5,717 nucleotides of DNA from a virus (IMGVR_UViG_2671180577_000023), one strand, 5' to 3'. Positions 1 through 5,291 are shown, counted from the first letter of the stretch. The notes: a model not told the origin generated them from the letters alone. Numbers and translations: made by a program.

Positions 1-97
1 TTGTCGCCCATTGTGAGTCATATTCGCCCTGACTTTCCAGAACCATACGGACTGCCCGTTGACGGACTTCAGGGGAAAAACGAGTATTTTTAGTCAT
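1..97 (-). CDS. IS3-family transposase OrfA, N-terminal 32 codons only (continues beyond window start)
   Basis: ATG at 97-95 with AGGA Shine-Dalgarno about 6 nt upstream; translation [32 protein letters not shown] matches the helix-turn-helix N-terminus typical of IS3-family OrfA. Below the ORF-track length threshold because it is partial. Confidence 0.8.
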   Translation of the reverse strand, partial: MTKNTRFSPEVRQRAVRMVLESQGEYDSQWAT

Positions 98-151
98 CCT
101 GTTTACCTCTTTCTCAGGAAGTTTAGTCTCCAGGATTCCCGGGGCGGTTCA
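1..151 (-). mobile_element. Left-hand partial IS3-family insertion sequence (IS629/IS1203-like): terminal inverted repeat tip at 151, element body continues left of the window
   Basis: Minus strand from 151 reads TGAACCGCCCCGGGAATCCTGGAGACTAAACTTCC, then AGGA RBS and an ATG at 97-95 opening an ORF that translates [32 protein letters not shown], a recalled IS3-family OrfA N-terminus. The same 14-nt tip TGAACCGCCCCGGG recurs at 5613 on the plus strand. Confidence 0.8.
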
Positions 152-266
152 GTGGGAGCGAGTCTGCGCCGCGCTGCGGGAGCTGAACAAGCACCGGGAT
201 ATTGTTCGACAGATTGTCGATTCATCCGGTCGTATTGTGTCGGAAAAGTGATTGCCGGAGGCGCTT

Positions 267-662
267 ATGGCGAAACCTTTTACACACGAACAGCGGGAAG
301 AACTGAAGGCACGAATTATCGGATTGGTACGCAAAAATGAACGCATGACGATATCGCAACTGGAGAGAGCGACGGGAGCAGGCTGGCATTCAGTCAGACG
401 TTGCCTTGTGGATGTACTGGCTTGTGGCGATTTATACATGTCCGGTAAATACGGTGTTTTTGCATCAGAACAGGTGTATCGCGTATGGCGTAAGACACCG
501 GAGAAAACAACTGACCAGACATTGATTCGAAAGTTACCAGACGGAGAAATTCGCCGCTACGATAGACGCCTGAACATAATCTGTCGCGAGTGCCGGAATA
601 GTGAAGTTATGCAGCGCGTGCTGGCTTTCTATCAGGGGAATTTTCAGGAGGCGGTACTGTGA
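267..662 (+). CDS. Hypothetical prophage protein, possible winged-helix DNA-binding protein (131 aa)
   Basis: ORF-track frame 252..662; the ATG at 267 is preferred because GGAGG sits 5 nt upstream. Stop TGA overlaps the GTG at 659 of the next ORF. Segment MTISQLERATGAGWHSVRRCL looks HTH-like. No family recognised. Confidence 0.6.
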   Translation: MAKPFTHEQREELKARIIGLVRKNERMTISQLERATGAGWHSVRRCLVDVLACGDLYMSGKYGVFASEQVYRVWRKTPEKTTDQTLIRKLPDGEIRRYDRRLNIICRECRNSEVMQRVLAFYQGNFQEAVL

Positions 663-718
663 GTAAATTAGCTATCAGGCTTCAATTGTCGCTGGCATTC
701 GCATCAAAGGAGAATGAG

Positions 719-1303
719 ATGACCACTTTTACAAAAGAGCAGTTAATCAGTCATGTTAGTGAAAATGTAAAGGCGATGAAATTTGCAGTAAAACAGACAG
801 CATTCAAAAATTCTCTCGAGGCAATTGAGTTGGATTTAGCACTGGCCCTTGTTGCTCAGGCTTCGCTGGAAGCAGAGCCCGTGCTTTATATGAATCGATT
901 TACCGGAAAGACATTCTCACTGGAAGAGCAACCCGGTGCTGATAAGGAACCGGAAATATACGTGCCGCTATATGCTGCCCCGCCAGACAGCGCCGCCATG
1001 CTTCAGGCTGGAAACTTTCGGGAAAAGAAGGGTTCGTCAACCAATAATTTTCGGGAAATCTCGGAAACGTCAACCAACCATCCGGTAACTCTGGATGGTT
1101 GGATAAGCTGTAGTGAGCGAATGCCGGATGACGGTCAGCACGTAATTATTTTATGTGATGGCGCATTCGTTCTTTATGCGCAATATCGAGACGGTGAGTT
1201 TTTTGATGTAGTCCGTGATGGTGATGAATTTTTCGAAACACAGAGCCGCAATGTAACCGACTGGATGCCGCTACCAGAACCGCCGCAGGAGGTGCGCCAA
1301 TGA
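719..1303 (+). CDS. Phage protein with C-terminal DUF551-like domain (194 aa from ATG 719; alternative GTG start at 659 gives 214 aa)
   Basis: ORF-track 659..1303. ATG at 719 is preceded by AAGGAG with 6-nt spacing. C-terminus WISCSERMPDDGQHVIILCDG...VTDWMPLPEPP follows the recalled DUF551 pattern common in lambdoid prophages. Confidence 0.7.
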   Translation: MTTFTKEQLISHVSENVKAMKFAVKQTAFKNSLEAIELDLALALVAQASLEAEPVLYMNRFTGKTFSLEEQPGADKEPEIYVPLYAAPPDSAAMLQAGNFREKKGSSTNNFREISETSTNHPVTLDGWISCSERMPDDGQHVIILCDGAFVLYAQYRDGEFFDVVRDGDEFFETQSRNVTDWMPLPEPPQEVRQ

Positions 1304-1383
1304 ACTGGCCTGAAGCATTTGCAATTACAGGCGTTGCTATGGCTATCACCTTTTTAGTATATGTTATTTGTCGGTGGGGGTAA
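1300..1383 (+). CDS. Small hydrophobic peptide, 27 aa (MNWPEAFAITGVAMAITFLVYVICRWG), predicted single transmembrane helix
   Basis: ATG at 1300 overlaps the TGA stop of the DUF551 gene (ATGA); AGGAGG lies 7 nt upstream. Not in the ORF track because it is under the size cutoff. Confidence 0.4.
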   Translation: MNWPEAFAITGVAMAITFLVYVICRWG

Positions 1384-1418
1384 AAACGTTCGCCGGGATT
1401 AACACCAAAGGAGGGAAT

Positions 1419-1523
1419 ATGTCGGATGATATATCACTGGCAATGGAAGGTGCGCTGGCTGTTATTGCTGTTGTGGGCGTTTACTGCCTGGTTGTGTTTT
1501 TGATGGATCGACTAGGGAACTGA
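1419..1523 (+). CDS. Small hydrophobic peptide, 34 aa (MSDDISLAMEGALAVIAVVGVYCLVVFLMDRLGN), predicted single transmembrane helix
   Basis: ATG at 1419 preceded by AAGGAGGG (1408-1415). Hydrophobic core flanked by charged residues. Not in the ORF track because it is under the size cutoff. Confidence 0.45.
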   Translation: MSDDISLAMEGALAVIAVVGVYCLVVFLMDRLGN

Positions 1524-1565
1524 ATTCATTACGATATGGGAATTCCCATATCGGGTAAAAACGGT

Positions 1566-1593
1566 TTGCGGTAAAGCGAGAGTTAAGTAGAAT
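1566..1593 (+). promoter_or_regulatory. Putative sigma70 promoter for the hok-like toxin mRNA (TTGCGG, 16 nt, TAGAAT)
   Basis: Hexamers read directly; position is consistent with a ~400-nt hok-type mRNA ending at the terminator near 2014. Confidence 0.3.
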
Positions 1594-1768
1594 TGCTGCG
1601 GGTGCTTGAGGCTGTCTGCCTCGGGCATGCCACCGTAAGGCAGACAGAGAAAAGCCCCAGTTAACATTACGCGTCCTGCAAGACGCCTAACATTAATCTG
1701 AGGCCAATTTCATGCTAGACACATGTAGGTTAGCCTCTTACGCGCCGAAAGGCAAGGAGAAGCAGGCT

Positions 1769-1924
1769 ATGAAGCAGCAAAAGGCGATGTTAGTCGCCCT
1801 GATCGTCATCTGTATTACCGTCGTAGTGACGGCACTGGTAACGAGGAAAGACCTCTGCGAGGTACGAATCCGAACCGGTCAGACGGAGGTTGCTGTCTTC
1901 ACAGCTTACGAACCTGAGGAGTAA
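1769..1924 (+). CDS. Hok/Gef-family type I toxin (51 aa, small membrane-active peptide)
   Basis: MKQQKAMLVALIVICITVVVTALVTRKDLCEVRIRTGQTEVAVFTAYEPEE has the Hok signature: N-terminal transmembrane helix then TRK.LCE.R...G..EVAAF.AYE. AAGGAG sits 9 nt upstream of the ATG. The ORF track extends the same frame to an ATG at 1712 (mok-like leader frame). Confidence 0.85.
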   Translation: MKQQKAMLVALIVICITVVVTALVTRKDLCEVRIRTGQTEVAVFTAYEPEE

Positions 1925-1992
1925 GAGACCAGGCGAGGGAGAAATCCCTCGCCACCTCTGATGTGTCAGGCATCCTCAACGCACCCGCACTT

Positions 1993-2014
1993 AACCCGCT
2001 TCGGCGGGTTTTTT
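1993..2014 (+). terminator. Rho-independent terminator ending the hok-like mRNA
   Basis: CCCGC-TTCG-GCGGG hairpin followed by TTTTTT. It is preceded at 1932-1953 by a 9-bp stem with GAAA loop (GGCGAGGGA gaaa TCCCTCGCC). Confidence 0.7.
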
Positions 2015-2133
2015 CACTTACTGTGGTTGTGAATACGATTGGTATTAGGCTATGCTAACAACATTAGCCTGACTAATTTTGTATTGACTTGATTTTTGTT
2101 AAAGAACAGGACGGAGAAGTAAGGGTACACCCA

Positions 2134-2313
2134 ATGAGCTACGCACTAAAAAAACACCCGCGATTGACTATTCCCCCTCGCGATAAAAGCGTTGTGGCAG
2201 CTCCGCGCCCGGCTATCGATGAAAATTGCACTCATCGTGAGCAGGTGAAAAATGCTTTCGATTTCGGTTTTTCTCGTTACGAGAAGGCAATGGAAGAACT
2301 TTCAAAAGTGTAA
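2134..2313 (+). CDS. Small protein (60 aa) directly upstream of the Doc-family gene; candidate antitoxin, not Phd-like
   Basis: ATG at 2134 with AAGGG 8 nt upstream; stop at 2311-2313 lies 18 nt before the Doc-like start. ORF-track frame 2089..2313 begins at a TTG. Sequence MSYALKKHPRLTIPPRDKSVVAAPRPAIDENCTHREQVKNAFDFGFSRYEKAMEELSKV shows no resemblance to Phd/YefM. Confidence 0.5.
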   Translation: MSYALKKHPRLTIPPRDKSVVAAPRPAIDENCTHREQVKNAFDFGFSRYEKAMEELSKV

Positions 2314-2331
2314 TGATGGGTATTGTGCTCT

Positions 2332-2817
2332 ATGGCTGAGATTGTTGAAGGAGTGCACTACCTTTCGTTTGATGATCTTACCGAAATTAATCGCCTTTTA
2401 ATTGAGCTTCAAACACCAGATGAACCTGTTAGTGTGCTGAGTGTTGATAATTTAAGTTCTTCTCAGTCTCGTCCCAGCATGGTTCGATGGTATGAACAGA
2501 CTAATGACATGTTTGTACTGGCATCAGTATTGATTGAAAGTCTGATTCAGAATCATCCATTTGCTAATGCAAACAAACGAACAGCTATGATGGCTGGTTA
2601 TGTCTTCTTGTTGTTGAATGGCTATGAGTTAACAGCACCAGGCGATGAAATCGTGGAAATGGCAGAGGGACTGGCCTGCAAAACCTATACTCGAGAAGAT
2701 CTCGAGAACTGGTTGTGTTATTGGTCTCGTGCGTATGACAGCCGGGAATTATGTAAAACAGGCGCAACTATTGTTTTGTATGAAACTATCAAGCTTAAAA
2801 TAGAACAGCAAAACTAA
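2332..2817 (+). CDS. Doc (death-on-curing) / Fic-fold family toxin, 161 aa
   Basis: Contains HPFANANKRTA, which fits the Doc motif H-x-F-x-(D/N)-(A/G)-N-K-R exactly. ORF-track frame 2323..2817 starts at TTG; the first ATG is at 2332. Confidence 0.8.
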   Translation: MAEIVEGVHYLSFDDLTEINRLLIELQTPDEPVSVLSVDNLSSSQSRPSMVRWYEQTNDMFVLASVLIESLIQNHPFANANKRTAMMAGYVFLLLNGYELTAPGDEIVEMAEGLACKTYTREDLENWLCYWSRAYDSRELCKTGATIVLYETIKLKIEQQN

Positions 2818-2833
2818 AGGTGCTTCTAATGAA

Positions 2834-2858
2834 AACCCGCTTCGGCGGGTTTTGTTGT
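2834..2858. terminator. Bidirectional intrinsic terminator between the convergent Doc-like and HigA-like genes
   Basis: CCCGC-TTCG-GCGGG hairpin (2836-2849) with TTTTGTTGT on the plus side and a T-run on the minus side. The hairpin and flanks (AACCCGCTTCGGCGGGTTTT) are identical to the hok terminator at 1993-2012. Confidence 0.6.
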
Positions 2859-2867
2859 ATTGGAGTA

Positions 2868-3185
2868 TCATGATATTACCTGGATCCCGTTTTTCTCTAC
2901 GACTGAAAGAAGGCGAAGAGCGGCACCTCCCGGCCGTTTTACACCACGTTCCCAGTCTGATATCAGGTTTTTACTGACGTTGAGGTATCTGGCAAAAACA
3001 GGTTGAGACAGATGCTCTCGTTCGCGCAGTGCACGGATCCTTTCCGGAGACATTACCGGCGCTGGCTGGAGACAAGTTTCATCGAATTCTCGCATAGTCT
3101 GTTTCGTTACTGCGCCGATATCATGAAGCGATTCCATCATTTCATGTACGGATGCAAGCGCATCACTGCGGTAATTTTTACTCAT
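2868..3185 (-). CDS. HigA-like antitoxin, XRE-type helix-turn-helix (COG2944-like), 105 aa
   Basis: ORF-track 2868..3185. C-terminal SPERIRALREREHLSQPVFARYLNVSKNLISDWERGVKRPGGAALRLL matches the recalled HTH antitoxin family partnered with RelE/ParE-like toxins. Its ATG (3185-3183) overlaps the stop of the upstream toxin frame (ATGAGTAA), the toxin-first order typical of HigBA. Confidence 0.8.
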   Translation of the reverse strand: MSKNYRSDALASVHEMMESLHDIGAVTKQTMREFDETCLQPAPVMSPERIRALREREHLSQPVFARYLNVSKNLISDWERGVKRPGGAALRLLSVVEKNGIQVIS

Positions 3186-3548
3186 TGGGTACCTCCGTAA
3201 ACTGACCCTGTAGAATCAGTTGTGCCAGTTGTTCATCTGTTAGATTGAGTACGTGAGGAGCCGCCTTCCGAAATGCACTTTCCGCAGTAGCGGTTATATT
3301 TTCACGTTCATTTTTTGCGTATGCATATACGAAAAAGGCCCTTGTGCCGACGCGATAGAAAATGATTGTGCGATAACCGCCAGATTTGCCGCCACCGACT
3401 CGTGGCAGACGTTGCTTGATAACGCCGTTACCCAGGTTTGCTGAGATAAGCCCGTTATCAGCCTGTTTAACAATTTCGCGCAGTGATTGGTCGGATATTT
3501 TGTTTTGCGTGCAAATCGCTCAAACCAGGCGTTTTTAAAAATGCGCAT
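3178..3548 (-). pseudogene. RelE/ParE-superfamily (HigB-like) toxin gene, disrupted by a frameshift after codon ~16
   Basis: From ATG 3548-3546 the frame reads MRIFKNAWFERFARK, the conserved N-terminus of this family, then runs into unrelated sequence (ORF-track 3294..3611). The rest of the toxin (KISDQSLREIVKQADNGLISANLGNGVIKQRLPRVGGGKSGGYRTIIFYRVGTRAFFVYAYAKNERENITATAESAFRKAAPHVLNLTDEQLAQLILQGQFTEVPNE) is intact in another frame with no start codon of its own. The break lies in the A-rich tract AAAACAAAATAT (about 3495-3506). Confidence 0.7.
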
Positions 3549-3570
3549 TTTTTGTTCCGTTATTAATGTA

Positions 3571-3585
3571 TAACACATAGTGTTA
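3571..3585. promoter_or_regulatory. Perfect inverted repeat TAACAC-ata-GTGTTA upstream of the higB-like start; candidate operator for the HigA-like repressor
   Basis: 6-bp arms with 3-bp spacer read directly; sits about 25 bp upstream of the toxin ATG in its promoter region. Confidence 0.35.
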
Positions 3586-3615
3586 CATTGCGTAGGGATC
3601 TGCAATGCCATCAGT

Positions 3616-3645
3616 TTGACAACGTCGCGTGTTCGGGGCTATATT
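3616..3645 (+). promoter_or_regulatory. Near-consensus sigma70 promoter (TTGACA, 18 nt, TATATT) driving the leader, c4-like RNA and ORF6N operon
   Basis: Hexamers read directly; the same architecture (TTGACG, 18 nt, TATATT) recurs at 5201-5230 upstream of the paralogous module. Confidence 0.6.
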
Positions 3646-3705
3646 CCTCACGCGCCAGCAAAACCTGGCGTCGGGATTAGCACCCCGGATATCGAAACGG
3701 TGCAT

Positions 3706-3726
3706 AACCGCGCTGGCGGTTTTTTT
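3706..3726 (+). terminator. Terminator-like hairpin plus T7 run in the leader, between target sites and the c4-like RNA (possible attenuator)
   Basis: AACCGC-GCTG-GCGGTT followed by TTTTTTT. The upstream CGCCAG (3653-3658) can pair with either CTGGCG copy (3665-3670 or 3713-3718), giving alternative folds. Confidence 0.45.
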
Positions 3727-3758
3727 ATGCGCTAAGCACAGTCACATTCGCGATTTAT

Positions 3759-3835
3759 GGCGGGCTGTGTGGGGGAGCCGAAAGGCTCGCCGGATGTTTC
3801 GACCGGTAGTGCTAACCCCGCACAGTTCGCCACCA
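3759..3835 (+). ncRNA. Candidate c4-like antisense regulatory RNA (~77 nt) upstream of the ORF6N gene
   Basis: A 16-bp closing helix (3759-3774 with 3816-3831) encloses a GNRA hairpin (GAGCC-GAAA-GGCTC) and two loops. Loop GTTTCGA (3796-3802) is complementary to TCGAAAC at 3692-3698 and 3873-3879; loop GTGCTAA (3809-3815) is complementary to TTAGCAC at 3677-3683 and 3842-3848. A 3-prime ACCA tail follows. The second target pair lies just upstream of the ORF6N RBS. Confidence 0.5.
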
Positions 3836-3890
3836 CGATGATTAGCACCTGACGGTGGCGAGGTAAAAATTATCGAAACGCGAGGTCATT

Positions 3891-4556
3891 ATGGCTGTTC
3901 AAATTTCTGTCGAAAACCTTTCCCCTGTTACCTATAACCAGATCCCCGTAATTACTACTGAACTGTTGGCTCACCTTTACGGAACAAAAATCAAAAACAT
4001 TTCTGATAACTTTCTGAACAACACGACGCGATTCATGCCCGGAAAGCATTACTTTAAAATTGAAAAAAACGAATTACGCGAGTTTAAGAACAGACCCGAA
4101 ACAATCGGGTTAGTTGGTAAAAATGCCCGCTCCCTCATCCTCTGGACAGAACGCGGCGCAGCCCGTCACGCAAAAATGCTCGAAACCGATCGGGCGTGGG
4201 AGGTATTCGAAAAACTGGAAGACTGCTATTTCAGCCAGGGAAAAACAGCACCAACCGAACAGCAGCCGCAGATTCAGCCACAATTCACAGCCGAAGAAAT
4301 CATCCTCCTTTGCTACATGCAGCTCTGGATGGAAAAAGCCCAGGACATCAGCAAACACCTGTATCCCATTATGAAAGAGCTGAACTCCTCATACACGAAC
4401 AAGCTGTATGACATTGCGTTTGAGACCATCTACATGGTGACGAAGAACAGAGACGCGCTACTGAGGGAGGTAACACGTCTCGACATGTCAAGTTCCGTTA
4501 TCCAGCGGGCCATGCCAATGCTGAAAAGCCTGCGGGCAAGACAATTTGAATTCTGA
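3891..4556 (+). CDS. Antirepressor-like protein with N-terminal ORF6N/KilA-N-type domain, 221 aa
   Basis: ORF-track 3891..4556; GAGG lies 5 nt upstream of the ATG. N-terminus MAVQISVENLSPVTYNQIPVITTELLAHLYGT...FMPGKHYFKIEKNELREF matches the recalled ORF6N pattern of phage antirepressors. Confidence 0.75.
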   Translation: MAVQISVENLSPVTYNQIPVITTELLAHLYGTKIKNISDNFLNNTTRFMPGKHYFKIEKNELREFKNRPETIGLVGKNARSLILWTERGAARHAKMLETDRAWEVFEKLEDCYFSQGKTAPTEQQPQIQPQFTAEEIILLCYMQLWMEKAQDISKHLYPIMKELNSSYTNKLYDIAFETIYMVTKNRDALLREVTRLDMSSSVIQRAMPMLKSLRARQFEF

Positions 4557-4560
4557 AACT

Positions 4561-4583
4561 AAAGGAGCTTCGGCTCCTTTTTT
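4561..4583 (+). terminator. Rho-independent terminator after the ORF6N gene
   Basis: GGAGC-TTCG-GCTCC hairpin followed by TTTTTT. Coordinates are approximate to within a base. Confidence 0.7.
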
Positions 4584-4610
4584 GTTGGGAAAATCCAGTG
4601 AGAGGGAATA

Positions 4611-5021
4611 ATGAACCAGACTATCTTCCTCCGAAGTAAGCAGCAGCAACAATTCGCCATTAACGCCATCCTTGCAACAACTCTCGATAAAGACAAACCC
4701 GTTACGATCCGCATCACCGATTACAAGCGGAATCTCGATCAAAATGCCAAATTTCACGCGATGGTCGCTGATATCTCCCGACAGGTTCAGTGGTGCGGCA
4801 GATGGCTAAAACCAGAACAGTGGAAAGTTTTGTTAATCAGCGGTCATGCCGTGGCGACAAAACAGGAAGCTGATGTTTTGCCTGGTCTTGAAGGTGAATA
4901 CGTCAATATCCGCGAAAGCAGTGCGCAGATGAGCGTGAAGCGTATGGCAAGCCTGATTGAGTACACAACTTCCTGGGCTGTGGAGCAGGGTGTCAGATTT
5001 ACCGACAGGAGGTATGAATGA
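4611..5021 (+). CDS. ninB: NinB-family protein (lambda NinB-like single-strand DNA-binding recombination protein), 136 aa
   Basis: ORF-track 4611..5021. Segment [33 protein letters not shown] aligns with the recalled lambda NinB core RSLDQNRKLWACLGDVSRQVEWHGRWLDAESWK. GAGGG RBS upstream. Confidence 0.8.
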   Translation: MNQTIFLRSKQQQQFAINAILATTLDKDKPVTIRITDYKRNLDQNAKFHAMVADISRQVQWCGRWLKPEQWKVLLISGHAVATKQEADVLPGLEGEYVNIRESSAQMSVKRMASLIEYTTSWAVEQGVRFTDRRYE

Positions 5022-5200
5022 GACGACAGCGACGAAGCATTACCGATATAGTCTGTGAAAACTGCAATTACCTTCCAACGAAACGTTCCAGAAATAAACC
5101 CAGGCCAATCCCAAAAGAATCTGACGTTAAAGCCTTCAATTACACGGCTCACCTGTGGGATATCCGGTGGCTAAGACATCGTGCGAGGAAAACAAGGTGA
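5018..5200 (+). CDS. ninE: NinE-family protein, 60 aa
   Basis: ORF-track 5018..5200. Start overlaps the ninB stop (ATGA). [60 protein letters not shown] matches the recalled lambda NinE sequence closely. Confidence 0.75.
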   Translation: MRRQRRSITDIVCENCNYLPTKRSRNKPRPIPKESDVKAFNYTAHLWDIRWLRHRARKTR

Positions 5201-5230
5201 TTGACGTGATGATTTATTCGGGGCTATATT
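5201..5230 (+). promoter_or_regulatory. Sigma70 promoter (TTGACG, 18 nt, TATATT) of the second leader / c4-like / ORF6N module
   Basis: Same spacing and -10 as the promoter at 3616-3645. The downstream 40 nt (TTCCTCACGCGCCAGCAAAAYCTGGCGTCGGGATT) are nearly identical between modules. Confidence 0.55.
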
Positions 5231-5291
5231 CCTCACGCGCCAGCAAAATCTGGCGTCGGGATTGGCGTCCTGGATAGAGACCGCGACAGAT

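Noticed and set aside
59-439. ORF-track frames 59..340 (+) and 149..439 (-)
   Set aside because: They overlap the IS terminal repeat and the RBS/start of the 267..662 gene, have no ribosome-binding sites and no recognisable protein features; treated as chance frames across the IS junction.
1146-1349. ORF-track frame 1146..1349 (-), His-rich 67 aa
   Set aside because: Antisense to the well-supported DUF551 gene and the coupled small ORF; low-complexity translation and no start signals.
1712-1768. Treating 1712..1924 as a single 70-aa protein
   Set aside because: The Hok-homologous part starts at the ATG at 1769, which has its own AAGGAG RBS; Hok proteins are about 50 aa. The upstream in-frame stretch is more likely a mok-like leader frame than part of the mature toxin.
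2585-2767. ORF-track frame 2585..2767 (-)
   Set aside because: Lies entirely antisense within the Doc-family gene; no independent support.
3003-3444. ORF-track frames 3003..3200 (+) and 3253..3444 (+)
   Set aside because: Antisense to the HigA-like gene and the higB-like toxin frame respectively; the minus-strand readings give conserved family sequence, the plus-strand ones do not.
3490-3510. Programmed ribosomal frameshift in the higB-like gene
   Set aside because: No slippery heptamer or stimulatory structure is evident and no such mechanism is known for this family; a simple indel in an A-rich tract is more parsimonious.
3759-3835. tRNA gene (because of the closing helix and ACCA tail)
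   Set aside because: Only three internal hairpins of the wrong sizes, no anticodon or T-arm consensus, and a 16-bp closing helix is far longer than an acceptor stem; a small regulatory RNA fits better.
3629-3841. ORF-track frame 3629..3841 (+), 70 aa
   Set aside because: Overlaps the leader, terminator and c4-like RNA. The paralogous region in module B carries a stop after 22 codons in the same register, so coding potential is not conserved whereas RNA structure is.
4110-4411. ORF-track frames 4110..4358 (-), 4114..4374 (+), 4196..4411 (+)
   Set aside because: All nested inside the ORF6N gene in alternative frames or antisense, with low-complexity translations.
4488-5152. ORF-track frames 4488..4757 (-) and 4844..5152 (-)
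   Set aside because: Antisense to the end of the ORF6N gene, ninB and ninE, whose plus-strand translations match recalled lambda proteins.
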